Source: Nitrosomonadales bacterium
GTDB taxonomy: Bacteria; Pseudomonadota; Gammaproteobacteria; Burkholderiales; SG8-39
Assembly (NCBI GenBank): GCA_005240145.1
Contig: SBAS01000019.1
Coordinates: 3,277-67,276, forward strand
DNA length: 64,000 nucleotides
Direction of reading: 5' to 3'
How positions within the stretch are numbered: position 1 is the stretch's first letter; each line of letters opens with the position of its first letter. The notes beneath the pieces were generated by a model. The model was not told the DNA's origin, did not search any database, and worked only from the letters and a program-made list of their open reading frames with translations. Position numbers and translations under genes: made by a program. Positions 18,524 through 30,622 of the stretch are shown here, in pieces.

Positions 18524-19342
18524 ATGGGCTCCAAGACGCCGCAGCAGAGCATCGATACCGAGCTTGCCGGCTGGAACGAGCCGGTCGAGCGCTTGCGCCA
18601 GGCGCTCGCCAGGGATGAGCTGGCGCTGTATTGCCAGCCCATCGCCGCGCTGAACGGCGCGGTCAGGTTTCCGATGGCCGAGGTGCTGATCCGGCTGCGC
18701 GAGGAGGAGAAAGCGCTGCTGCCGCCCGGCGAGTTCTTCCCGATTTTCGAGCACTACAAGCTGATGCCCGAGCTCGACCGCTGGGTGGTGCGCCATGTGG
18801 TGCAGCACCTCGCGCGCGGCTCGCGCATCCCGCGCTTCACGGTGAACGTTTCCAGCCAGACGCTGGAAGACAAGGCCTTTCCCACGGCCGTGGCGATGGA
18901 AATGGTGTCGGCGGGCGTGCGCGGTACGGCGCTGAATTTCGAGATCGACGAAGCCGACAGCATCGACCGCCTCGATGCGGCGGTCCAGTTTTCCAGCGCC
19001 ATCCGCAGCGTCGGCTGCGGCCTGCTGGTGTCGGGGTTCGGCCGGCGCACGGCGACCTTCCTGCCGCTCAAGACGCTGCGGCCCGACTACGTGAAGGTCG
19101 ACGGCGTCATCGTGCGAAGGCTGCTAACCGCGCCCGCCGCGGAGAGCAAGCTCAAGGCCATCCTGCGCGTGGGCGAAGTAATGGGATTCCAGGTGATTGC
19201 CGAGATGGTCGAGGACCAGGACATCCTCTCGCGCCTCAAGGCCCTCGGCGTGGGCTACGCGCAGGGCTTCGGCATCCAGCAGCCGCTGCCGATCGAGAAG
19301 ATCGGCAGCAGCGCAGCCGCGGGCTCAACTCCAGCTGCCTGA
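18524..19342 (+). CDS. Stand-alone EAL-domain protein, degenerate
   Basis: QPI, EVLIR, VNVS, VKVD, AEMVE and QGF are present, but DDFGTG is replaced by SGFGRR. Confidence 0.88.
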   Translation: MGSKTPQQSIDTELAGWNEPVERLRQALARDELALYCQPIAALNGAVRFPMAEVLIRLREEEKALLPPGEFFPIFEHYKLMPELDRWVVRHVVQHLARGSRIPRFTVNVSSQTLEDKAFPTAVAMEMVSAGVRGTALNFEIDEADSIDRLDAAVQFSSAIRSVGCGLLVSGFGRRTATFLPLKTLRPDYVKVDGVIVRRLLTAPAAESKLKAILRVGEVMGFQVIAEMVEDQDILSRLKALGVGYAQGFGIQQPLPIEKIGSSAAAGSTPAA

Positions 19343-20242
19343 AACCATGGCGAGGCCGTGCGCGCCCGCGCGCCGGGCTTCGTCCAGATCGGCAGGACGC
19401 AGGCCACCGATCGCGTAAACCGGAATCGAAGCGCCTTCGGCGATGCGGCGAAAACCGTCCCAGCCGAGCAGGGTCGCGCCAGGATGCGACGCCGTAGCCT
19501 TGACCGGGCCGAGCACGACGAAGTCCAACCCGATGGCCATCGCGTGGCCCAGCTCATCGACCGTGTGGCAGGACGCCGCAATGAGCGCGCCGTTCGGCCC
19601 GGCCGCCGGCCGGGCACGCAGCAGCATCAGTTGCGCGGCGCTGAAATGAATGCCGTCGGCAGCCGGACCGCCGTTGACGAGCACCCTGGCGCCATATTGC
19701 CGGGCCATGCTGGTGACAACGTAGATCAGACGCTTGCGTTCCCAGTTCTCCTTGTCCCGCACCTGGACCAGGCGCAGTCCGGCCTTCATGCGGGCCTCGA
19801 CGAGCGCGAGCTGCTCAGCCGCGCCGATGGTCTGCGCGTCGGTGATCGCGTATTCGAGCGGCAGTGCGAGCGAGGCGAGCACCGGCGCGTTGGCCGGGAG
19901 CATCGGCTCGACGATCGGCGCATCGAGCCGTTGCCAGACGAAGCGCTGGTTCTCGTGCGCGTACGGCTCGCCGCGCCAGCGCGTGACGCGGAAAAAATTC
20001 AGGCGCACGGTGGCGTGCTCGTAGACATGCACGCGGCAGATCCAGGGGTACGCCGTCTGCACCTCGATGCCCAGCTCCTCCCGCAGTTCGCGCGCAAGAG
20101 CGCGCTCCGCCGGTTCTCCCGCCTCGATCTTGCCGCCGGGAAACTCCCACCAGCCGGCGTAGACCTTGCCCGTGGGACGCTGCGCGAGGAGAAAGCTGCC
20201 GTCCGGCCGCTCGATGACCGCAGCGGCGACTTCGACGATCAC
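19325..20242 (-). CDS. MutT-like Nudix hydrolase fused to a thiamine-phosphate-synthase-like domain
   Basis: Nudix box WEFPGGKIEAGE..ERALARELREELGI; C-terminal ASCH, GPV..TASHP and PVYAIGG motifs. Confidence 0.92.
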   Translation of the reverse strand: MIVEVAAAVIERPDGSFLLAQRPTGKVYAGWWEFPGGKIEAGEPAERALARELREELGIEVQTAYPWICRVHVYEHATVRLNFFRVTRWRGEPYAHENQRFVWQRLDAPIVEPMLPANAPVLASLALPLEYAITDAQTIGAAEQLALVEARMKAGLRLVQVRDKENWERKRLIYVVTSMARQYGARVLVNGGPAADGIHFSAAQLMLLRARPAAGPNGALIAASCHTVDELGHAMAIGLDFVVLGPVKATASHPGATLLGWDGFRRIAEGASIPVYAIGGLRPADLDEARRAGAHGLAMVSGSWS

Positions 20243-21106
20243 CTACTTCTTTTTCGCGTGCTGGCCCGCCCAGTCCCGGGCGAACTGGTAGGCGACGCGG
20301 CCGCTGCGCGAGCCCCTTTGCAGGGACCACTGGAGCGCCTGCTCCTTTGCATCGTGAATTTCCTTCGCCGAGCAGGCAAAAGACTTCAACCAGTGCGCCA
20401 CGATGGCGAGGTATTCGTCCTGGTCGAAGGGATAGAACGTGACCCACACGCCGAAGCGCTCGGAGAGCGAGATCTTCTCCTCCACCGTTTCGCCCGGATG
20501 AATCTCGTCGCCGATGTACTTGGTCTCGAGGTTCTCGGCCATGTACTCGGGCATGAGGTGGCGGCGGTTGGAGGTGGCGTAGATGAGCATGTTCTCGGCC
20601 GTGGTCGAGATCGAACCGTCGAGCGCGACCTTGAGCGCGATGTAGCCTTCTTCCGCGCCGTGGAAGGACAGGTCGTCGCAGAACACGATGAAGCGCTCGG
20701 GGCGCCCCGCGACGCTGTCGACGATGCTCGGCAGGTCCATGAGGTCGCTCTTCTCGACCTCGATCAGGCGCAGGCCCTGCTTGTGGTACCTGTTGAGCAG
20801 GCCCTTGACGATCGAACTCTTGCCGGTGCCGCGCGCGCCGGTGAGCAGCACGTTGTTCGCCGGCCGGCCCTCGAGGAACTGGCGCGTGTTCTGCTCCACC
20901 TTGCCGATCTGCGTGCCGATGCCCTGCAGGTCCGAAAGCTTCATGCGGTGCACATAGCGCACGGGCTGCAGCCAACCGCCACCGCTTTTGTGACCGCTTC
21001 CCTTGCGCCAGCGAAACGCAATGCTTGCCTTCCAGTCGGTAGGCGGCGGCAGGGGCGGCAGGAGCCGTTCGAGCTTCTCCAGGATCTTGTCCAGTTCCCT
21101 GCTCAA
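20243..21106 (-). CDS. AAA+ ATPase, DUF815 family
   Basis: [31 protein letters not shown] and [11 protein letters not shown] motifs. Confidence 0.9.
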   Translation of the reverse strand: MSRELDKILEKLERLLPPLPPPTDWKASIAFRWRKGSGHKSGGGWLQPVRYVHRMKLSDLQGIGTQIGKVEQNTRQFLEGRPANNVLLTGARGTGKSSIVKGLLNRYHKQGLRLIEVEKSDLMDLPSIVDSVAGRPERFIVFCDDLSFHGAEEGYIALKVALDGSISTTAENMLIYATSNRRHLMPEYMAENLETKYIGDEIHPGETVEEKISLSERFGVWVTFYPFDQDEYLAIVAHWLKSFACSAKEIHDAKEQALQWSLQRGSRSGRVAYQFARDWAGQHAKKK

Positions 21107-22302
21107 GAGCGGTACTCCGCGTTGATTTTCACGTAATCATAGGAGAAATCGCAGGTCCACACGGTGGCCGCGGCCTTGCCCCGATTGAGCACCGCGCGCA
21201 CCGTGAATTCCGGCTTGCGCATGGCCTTTACGCCGAACTCCTCGCGGTACGCGGGGTGGCGCGCGCCGCCCTTCGCCACCAGGACGTCATCCAGGAAGAG
21301 ACCCACCTTGCCGGTGTCCAGGTCGCCGATGCCGCCGTAGCCAATCGCGCAAAGAATGCGCCCCAGATTCGGGTCCGAGGCGAAGAACGCCGTCTTCACC
21401 AGCGGCGAACGGGCGATCGCGTAGGCAATCCGGCGGCACTCCGCTTCATTGCGCCCGCGTTCCACGGTCACGGTGACGAACTTGGTCGCGCCCTCGCCGT
21501 CGCGGATGATCGCCTGCGCCAGCTGTTGCGAGACTTCGAGAACCGCTGTTTCAAGGGCTTTTTTGTCTTTTTCACTCTTAACTTCAACACCAACTCCCGA
21601 AGCGATAAGCAAAAAAGAATCGTTCGTCGATGTGTCGCCATCGACCGTGATGCAGTTGAACGACTTATCTGCGACCGCCTTCACCATCTTCTTCAAATGG
21701 CCGGGGGCGACCCGGGCATCGGTCGCGACAAAGCCCAGCATCGTCGCCATGTTCGGATGGATCATGCCCGAGCCCTTCGCGATTCCCGTGACCACGGCTT
21801 CGCCACCCGAGAGTTTCACCTTCGCGGAAAACGCCTTGGGCACGGTATCAGTTGTCATGATGGCTTCGGCCGCGTCGAGCCAGCTGCCTGGCTTGAGGCT
21901 GGGGAGTGCGGCAATCAGTTTTTCCGAAGGCAGCTGCTCCATGATGACCCCGGTGGAGAACGGCAGGACCTGGGTTGCCTTGCACTGAATATTCTTCGCC
22001 ACGGATTCGCAAACCAGCAGCGCGCGCTTCAGCCCCTCTTTGCCCGTCCCCGCATTTGCGTTTCCGGTGTTTACGACAAGGGCGCGCACCGGATTGCGCA
22101 GGTGCTTTTTCGCCAGCACCACCGGCGCCGCGCAGAAGCGGTTCCGCGTGAACACGCCCGCGACCGCCGCTCCCGGCGCAAGGCGCACGACGAGCAGGTC
22201 CTTGCGGCCCGGCTTCTTGATTCCCGCCATCGCCACGCCGAGCTCGACGCCGGCGACGGTATGCAGCGACTGCGGATCCGGCGGCGGCAGGTTCACGGCC
22301 AT
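21103..22302 (-). CDS. argJ: Bifunctional ornithine acetyltransferase/N-acetylglutamate synthase
   Basis: [35 protein letters not shown] and DGEGATK motifs. Confidence 0.97.
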   Translation of the reverse strand: MAVNLPPPDPQSLHTVAGVELGVAMAGIKKPGRKDLLVVRLAPGAAVAGVFTRNRFCAAPVVLAKKHLRNPVRALVVNTGNANAGTGKEGLKRALLVCESVAKNIQCKATQVLPFSTGVIMEQLPSEKLIAALPSLKPGSWLDAAEAIMTTDTVPKAFSAKVKLSGGEAVVTGIAKGSGMIHPNMATMLGFVATDARVAPGHLKKMVKAVADKSFNCITVDGDTSTNDSFLLIASGVGVEVKSEKDKKALETAVLEVSQQLAQAIIRDGEGATKFVTVTVERGRNEAECRRIAYAIARSPLVKTAFFASDPNLGRILCAIGYGGIGDLDTGKVGLFLDDVLVAKGGARHPAYREEFGVKAMRKPEFTVRAVLNRGKAAATVWTCDFSYDYVKINAEYRS

Positions 22303-22312
22303 CCGCTCTTTC

Positions 22313-25084
<2,772 letters not shown>

Positions 25085-25167
25085 GAATACGGGGGCGCGG
25101 CTGACTTCTGCACCCCCGGAGAAACGCCGATTTTAACATGGCGGAGCCGGCCGGCCCCACGGCGGAA

Positions 25168-26121
25168 CTACCTGGCTTTTGCTTTCGCCAGGGGAACTTG
25201 CGGATTGGCCGCGAGCAGGAAGCGGCTCGGGTTCTGCGGCGCGCCGCGGAAGCGCACTTCGAAATGCAGGTGCGGCCCGGTCGAGCGCCCGGTGTTGCCG
25301 CTGTGGGCGATGCGCCGGCCCCGCTGCAGCACGTCGCCCTCCTTCGCCAGGACCTTCGACAGGTGCGCGTAACGCGTCACGAGGTCGTTGCCGTGGTCGA
25401 TGTCGATCATGTTGCCGTACTGCGGGTGGAAACCGGCGAACTGCACCACGCCGCCCGCCGCCGCCACCACGGGGGTGCCGACGTCGGTGATGAAGTCGAT
25501 GCCTTCGTGCATCGCCTGCTGGCCCGAGAACGGATCGATGCGGTAGCCGAAACCCGAGGCGTTGAACGGCGCGCTCACCGGCATCATCGTCGGCATCGCT
25601 TTCTTCTTCACCGCCTGCTCGAACAGCTGCGCTTCGAGCACGCCGAGCTGGTCGGTGCGGTTTTCCATCTGCCGCGACAGCAGCGCGACCTTCTCGTTGA
25701 ACTGCGTCATCGTCAGGTTCTGCGGCGGCATGGTCGTCGACTGCGCTCCGCCCAGGCCCGGCGCCTCGGAGAAGCGGAACTCCTGCGGCTTGATGCCGGC
25801 CATCGAGGAGAGGCGCTCGCCCAGCGCATCGAGGCGCGTCAGCTGCGCCTGCATCTCGCCGATCTTGACCGCCATCGCGTTCAGGTTCTGCTGCATGAAC
25901 TCGCGCGAGCGCTCGGCCTCGCCCTGCTGCGTGGCGAGCACCAACTGCGTCACGAGGGGAATTTTCAGGTCGACGGCGAAACGCAGGCTGAGCCAGTAGG
26001 TGGCTCCCGTCAGGCAAACCATGACGGCCGTGGCCAGCGCAAAGCCCACGATCACATGACGCAGCGACAGCGTCAATGAACGCGCCTTTGCCAACCGGTT
26101 CGAGATCAAGATAACCTGCAC
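25168..26121 (-). CDS. M23 family metallopeptidase
   Basis: N-terminal TM and coiled coil; HEGID, YAHL and GRSTGPHLHFEV motifs. Confidence 0.93.
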   Translation of the reverse strand: MQVILISNRLAKARSLTLSLRHVIVGFALATAVMVCLTGATYWLSLRFAVDLKIPLVTQLVLATQQGEAERSREFMQQNLNAMAVKIGEMQAQLTRLDALGERLSSMAGIKPQEFRFSEAPGLGGAQSTTMPPQNLTMTQFNEKVALLSRQMENRTDQLGVLEAQLFEQAVKKKAMPTMMPVSAPFNASGFGYRIDPFSGQQAMHEGIDFITDVGTPVVAAAGGVVQFAGFHPQYGNMIDIDHGNDLVTRYAHLSKVLAKEGDVLQRGRRIAHSGNTGRSTGPHLHFEVRFRGAPQNPSRFLLAANPQVPLAKAKAR

Positions 26122-26147
26122 GTTCCCTCCAATGACCCCCGCTACCC

Positions 26148-26585
26148 GTGCAACCTAGCAAAATCGGCAGAGTGCTTTCGTCGGACGCCAGCTTGCAGCC
26201 GGTCATCCAAAAAGCGCGCCAAATCAATGCGCTCTCGAAGCTTTGTTTTGACTTTCTGCCACCCGCCCTGGCCCGCCTGGTTCAGGCCATCAACCTCAAG
26301 GATCGCCAGCTGGTGCTGCTCGCCGCCTCACCTGCGGCGGCCGCCAAGCTGAAACTGCTATCCGAGACACTGCGTAAACACTTGTCAGAACAGCGGGCGG
26401 AGGTTAATTCAGTTTCCGTGAGGGTGCAACCCGTGGCCGGGAACGTGCCGGAAGTCACCTCGCGGGGGCCGCGACAGCTTTCCGTGCGCGCCCTGCGGGA
26501 ACTGCGGGACCTGTACGGGAAGCTAGCGGATTCCCCTGCCCGCAGTGCGTTGAAAACCCTGCTCGATCATCAGCTTAAGCAGTAG
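26148..26585 (+). CDS. DciA/DUF721 family protein
   Basis: LVLLAASPAAAAKLK motif and the conserved divergent position between lpxC and M23-secA. Confidence 0.75.
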   Translation: MQPSKIGRVLSSDASLQPVIQKARQINALSKLCFDFLPPALARLVQAINLKDRQLVLLAASPAAAAKLKLLSETLRKHLSEQRAEVNSVSVRVQPVAGNVPEVTSRGPRQLSVRALRELRDLYGKLADSPARSALKTLLDHQLKQ

Positions 26586-26596
26586 TAAGGAGCGCC

Positions 26597-27514
26597 CTAG
26601 GCGCCGAGCGGCCGCAACAGGCCGGCGACACCGCTGGGGGCCTCTTCGGCGCGCTCGAACGTGACCACTTCAACCGCGGCCGGATCGGCGCTCAAATTGC
26701 GCAGCAGGCGGTTATTCAGGGCATGGCCGGACTTGTGCGCGCTGAAGGCGGCGAGCAGCGGCCGGCCGAGCAGGTACAGGTCGCCGATCGCGTCCAGGAT
26801 CTTGTGGCGGATGAACTCATCGGCGTAGCGCAGCCCTTCGGCGTTGAGGACGCGGTGCTCGTCCAGCACCACCGCGTTCTCCAGCCCGCCGCCCAGGGCG
26901 AGGCCGACGTCGCGCAGGTCTTCCACGTCCTGCATGAAGCCGTAGGTGCGGGCGCGCGCGACTTCCTTCAGGTAGGAAGTGCTGGCGAAATCCACGGTAA
27001 GCGAAGTGTTCGACTTCTCGATCACCGGATGGTCGTAGACGATCGAGAATGACAGCTTGAATCCCTCATAGGGCTCGAGCGCCGCCCATTTGTCGCCGTC
27101 CTTCGCCTCGATGCGCTTTTTCACGCGCAGGAAACGCTTGGGCGCGCCCTGCTCCTCGATGCCGGACTGCTGGATGAGGAGGACGAAGGGCGCGGCGCTG
27201 CCGTCCATGATCGGCACCTCAGGTCCGTCGAGGTCCACATAGGCGTTGTCCACGCCCAGGCCCGAGAGCGCTGACATCAGGTGCTCGATCGTGTAAACCT
27301 TGGTGTCGCCGCTCACCAGGCAGGAACACAGCCGCGTCTCGCCCACCAGGTCGGCGCGCGCCGGGATACCGGCGGCGGCAGGCAGGTCCAGGCGCCGGAA
27401 CACGATGCCCGTATCCGGTTGCGCCGGGCGCAGCGTGATGCGCACCTTGCGCCCGGTGTGCAGGCCGACGCCGGTGGCGCGGACCAGTGATTTCAGGGTT
27501 CTCTGGCGCAGCAT
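26597..27514 (-). CDS. lpxC: UDP-3-O-acyl-N-acetylglucosamine deacetylase
   Basis: [35 protein letters not shown] and [10 protein letters not shown] motifs; ATG 27514. Confidence 0.97.
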   Translation of the reverse strand: MLRQRTLKSLVRATGVGLHTGRKVRITLRPAQPDTGIVFRRLDLPAAAGIPARADLVGETRLCSCLVSGDTKVYTIEHLMSALSGLGVDNAYVDLDGPEVPIMDGSAAPFVLLIQQSGIEEQGAPKRFLRVKKRIEAKDGDKWAALEPYEGFKLSFSIVYDHPVIEKSNTSLTVDFASTSYLKEVARARTYGFMQDVEDLRDVGLALGGGLENAVVLDEHRVLNAEGLRYADEFIRHKILDAIGDLYLLGRPLLAAFSAHKSGHALNNRLLRNLSADPAAVEVVTFERAEEAPSGVAGLLRPLGA

Positions 27515-27524
27515 AGGCAGTGCG

Positions 27525-27533
27525 ATTCTACCA
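27525..27533 (-). promoter_or_regulatory. Extended -10 promoter candidate for lpxC
   Basis: TGGTAGAAT on the minus strand, 10 nt before the lpxC ATG; no Shine-Dalgarno. Confidence 0.55.
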
Positions 27534-27548
27534 AGAGACGCCCAGTGC

Positions 27549-28085
27549 GTAGTTTTCCGGCGGCGGCGACGGCGCACCACGCGCTTTGCGCCGTATTTCG
27601 GGCTGGTATTCGCGATCGGGATGAGCCTGCGCACGGTGCAGATCATCCCGGAGTTTCTCTACGACGCGCCGGAACAGATGGCGGACCTGTTCAAGCGCAT
27701 GTGGCCGGTTGCGTGGTCGTATTACCCCAGGGGCGTGCACGACGCGCTGATAGAGACGCTGCACATCGCGACGCTCGGCACGATACTCGCGATCATCATG
27801 GCATTGCCGTTGGGGCTGCTCGCGGCCAACAACATCACGCCGAACGCCTGGCTCAACTATTTCGCCAGGCTGATGCTCGAGTCCTCGCGCTCGGTGAACT
27901 CGCTGGTGTGGGCGCTGCTGTTCGTCGCGATATTCGGCCCCGGCGCGCTCGCCGGCACCATGGCGATAGATACCGCCATGAATCTCTTCCAGTGCGAGCG
28001 CGTAGCACTGATGCTGGTCGCGATCTTCGCGATCGTGCTCGTCGCCGAGATCGCCGTCACTTACATCCGCAAGAAAATCATCTGA
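27549..28085 (+). pseudogene. PhnE/PtxC-like ABC permease; 5' end damaged and internally deleted
   Basis: ETLHIATLGT and SRSVNSLVWALLFVAIFGPGALAG are followed directly by the C-terminal DTAMNLFQ helix. The EAA loop and GLVGAGGIG segment are missing, and no phnC/phnD partner is present. Confidence 0.8.
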
Positions 28086-28270
28086 CCCGCGCCGTTGACG
28101 TCAGGCCTGTTTTGTCTTCAATCTAAGATGTGTTGCTACGCGAGCGGAATCGCCCATTGCGCGCGAATTGCACCGATCACCCGATATTGGTCACAATCCC
28201 TGTTTTTCGCTCTGGCCTGGACAGGTCCGGACAAACCGGTTGAAATCCAGCCAGCATGGGGGGATGCGCT

Positions 28271-28378
28271 ATGACAATCCAGCGGCTGGATACGAACGCG
28301 AGGCTCTCGCAAGCCACGGTTGCCAACGGCTTCGACTTCACCGCCGGCGTGGAGATCGCGATGACCACGACGGTTTGA
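28271..28378 (+). pseudogene. RidA/YoaB-like gene with an in-frame internal deletion (35 aa)
   Basis: GGGGGA then ATG gives MTIQRLDTNARLSQATVANGFDFTAG|VEIAMTTTV*, i.e. a Rid N-terminus joined to the Rid C-terminal VEI motif. Confidence 0.7.
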
Positions 28379-29235
28379 ACGCGGTGACCTGGCCGAATGG
28401 CGCACGCTTGGCGTTGTCGCTTGTCGTCAACGTCGAGGAGGGATCGGAGCTTTCCATCGCGCATGGCGATCGCGGGCCGGAGCCGGTGGACGAGTTGGGA
28501 GTGACAATAAAGAAGGCACTGCGAAATTACGGTAACGAAAGTAATTACGCATACGGCATCAAGGCCGGCGCGCCGCGCGTGATGAAGCTGCTGGAGGAGC
28601 GGGGCCTGGCCGCGACATTCACCGCGGCGGCGGTGAGCCTGGAACGCGCGCCGGAGCTGGCCCGGCGCATCGTCGGCGGCGGGCATGAGGTGTGCGCGCA
28701 TGGCTGGCGCTGGGTGCACCAGTTCCACATGGACGAGGCGGCGGAACGCGACTTCATCCGCAAAGCCGTGGCATCCATCAGCCAGACCACCGGCGAACGC
28801 CCGCATGGCTGGCTTTCCCGCTACCTGCTAACCGACAACACCCGCCGGCTGCTGGTGGAGGAAGGCTTCACCTATCACATGGACGACTATTCCGATGACG
28901 TGCCCTTCTGGGATACGGTTGATGGCAAGCCGATTCTCATCCTGCCCTATGCCCTCGACAGCAACGACATGAAGTTGTGGACCGCGCCCAGCTACACGCC
29001 GGCGGATTGGCTGCAATACGCGACCGACAGCTTCGACTGTTTGTTGCGCGAGGGGGCGCGAGCACCGCGGATGATGTCGCTGGGTGTGCATCTACGCATC
29101 ATTGGCCGACCGGGGCGTATTGGTTATTACGAGAAGTTCCTGGACCACGTCGCACGCCACGACGATGTGTGGGTCACCACGCGGCTGCGAATCGCCCGGC
29201 ACTGGGAAGCGACCCATCCCTGGCCCGGGCCGTGA
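28375..29235 (+). CDS. PuuE-like polysaccharide deacetylase (CE4) family amidohydrolase
   Basis: WPNGARLALSLVVNVEEGSE, ESNYAYG, HEVCAHGWRW, DSNDMK and MMSLGVHLRIIGRPGR motifs. TTG 28375 overlaps the upstream stop. Confidence 0.88.
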   Translation: MNAVTWPNGARLALSLVVNVEEGSELSIAHGDRGPEPVDELGVTIKKALRNYGNESNYAYGIKAGAPRVMKLLEERGLAATFTAAAVSLERAPELARRIVGGGHEVCAHGWRWVHQFHMDEAAERDFIRKAVASISQTTGERPHGWLSRYLLTDNTRRLLVEEGFTYHMDDYSDDVPFWDTVDGKPILILPYALDSNDMKLWTAPSYTPADWLQYATDSFDCLLREGARAPRMMSLGVHLRIIGRPGRIGYYEKFLDHVARHDDVWVTTRLRIARHWEATHPWPGP

Positions 29236-29238
29236 GGA

Positions 29239-30609
29239 GTGACGATGAGCGACCCGATCCGCCTGTTTGCCGAACATTGCAGCCGCACGCGGTTTGAGGA
29301 TTTGCCGGAGGCGGCCGTACGTGCCGCCCGCATCTTCATCCTGGATACGCTGGGCGTCGGTCTGGCCGGCACCAACGGGCCGTGCGTGACGGAGCTGATC
29401 GACTCATCGGCAGCGACGTTGGGCGACGGGAGGGCGCGCTGTTGGGGACATGAGCGCAGGCTGTCCGCGGCAGGTGCGGCGATGGTGAACGGCTACCAGA
29501 TCCACAATTCCGAATTCGACTGCGTGCATGAGGCCGCCGTGCTGCACCCCGTGACCGTGTGCCTGGCCGCCGTCATGGCGCATGCCGACAGGGTGGGCGG
29601 TGTAAGCGGGCGCGAGCTGGTACGCGCCGTGGTGCTGGGCGTGGATGTGGCCTGCCACCTGGGCGTGGCAAGCACCACGGGGCTGCGCTTCTTCCGCCCG
29701 GCGACGGGGGGGATTTTTGCTGCCGCCGCGGCGTTGGGCAGCGTGTTGGGCTTTGACGCGGACCGCCAGGCTTCGCTGTTCGGCCACGTGTATGGCCAGT
29801 TGTGCGGCACGATGCAGCCGCATACCGAGGGTTCCCCGTTGCTGGGCTTGCAGATCGGCTTCAACGCGCGCAACGCGCTGATCGCCGCCGATCTGGCGGC
29901 GCGCGGTCTACCCAGTATCGAGAACGTGCTGCAAGGTCCGTTCGGCTATTTCGGCATGATCGAGGGCGCGGGCGATATCGCGCGCGTGCGCGGTGATATC
30001 GGCCGGGTCTGGCGCATCACCGAAGTGGCGCACAAGCCCTTCCCCAGCGGGCGCGCGACGCATGGCATGCTGGACGGGTTCATGGAGTTGCAGGCCGAAC
30101 ATGGGTTCAAGGCCATGGACGTCGCCAGCGCGGAGGCGCGGATACCGAAGCTCACGCATCATCTGGTCGGACGGCCGGTGAAGGACGACATGGCGGTGAA
30201 CTATGCGCGGCTGTGCGGACCCTATGTTTGCGCGTGTGCGCTGCTGCGCGGGGCGGTGGGGATCGACGATTTCAGTGACGCGCGCCGGCATGATCCGCAG
30301 ACACTGGACCTGGGGCGGCGCATCGTGGCCGTGGTGGACGACAACCCCGACCCGAATGCATTGACCCCCGTGACGGTGAGCGTGCGGCTGAAGAACGGCA
30401 GGGAACTGCACCGCACGATCGCGACGGTATACGGCAACCCCGCGAAGCCGATGAGCCGGGAGGCGCATTTGGAAAAATTCCGGCGCAACTTTGCGTCCTG
30501 CCGCGCACCGCTGCCAGCGGCGAACGCCGAGCGGCTGATCGAAATGCTCGACCGGATCGAGCAGGTGGATGACATCCGCCGCATCGGCGATCTGCTGGTC
30601 CCCGCCTAA
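29239..30609 (+). CDS. MmgE/PrpD family protein
   Basis: ILDTLGVGLAG, HNSEFDCVH, HKPFPSGRATH and GNPAKPMS...EKF motifs. Confidence 0.9.
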   Translation: MTMSDPIRLFAEHCSRTRFEDLPEAAVRAARIFILDTLGVGLAGTNGPCVTELIDSSAATLGDGRARCWGHERRLSAAGAAMVNGYQIHNSEFDCVHEAAVLHPVTVCLAAVMAHADRVGGVSGRELVRAVVLGVDVACHLGVASTTGLRFFRPATGGIFAAAAALGSVLGFDADRQASLFGHVYGQLCGTMQPHTEGSPLLGLQIGFNARNALIAADLAARGLPSIENVLQGPFGYFGMIEGAGDIARVRGDIGRVWRITEVAHKPFPSGRATHGMLDGFMELQAEHGFKAMDVASAEARIPKLTHHLVGRPVKDDMAVNYARLCGPYVCACALLRGAVGIDDFSDARRHDPQTLDLGRRIVAVVDDNPDPNALTPVTVSVRLKNGRELHRTIATVYGNPAKPMSREAHLEKFRRNFASCRAPLPAANAERLIEMLDRIEQVDDIRRIGDLLVPA

Positions 30610-30622
30610 GAGGACCGGACCC

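Noticed and set aside
19325-20242. Nudix plus thiamine-phosphate-synthase-like fusion as a novelty
   Set aside because: This architecture is well known next to argJ/secA in beta- and gammaproteobacteria.
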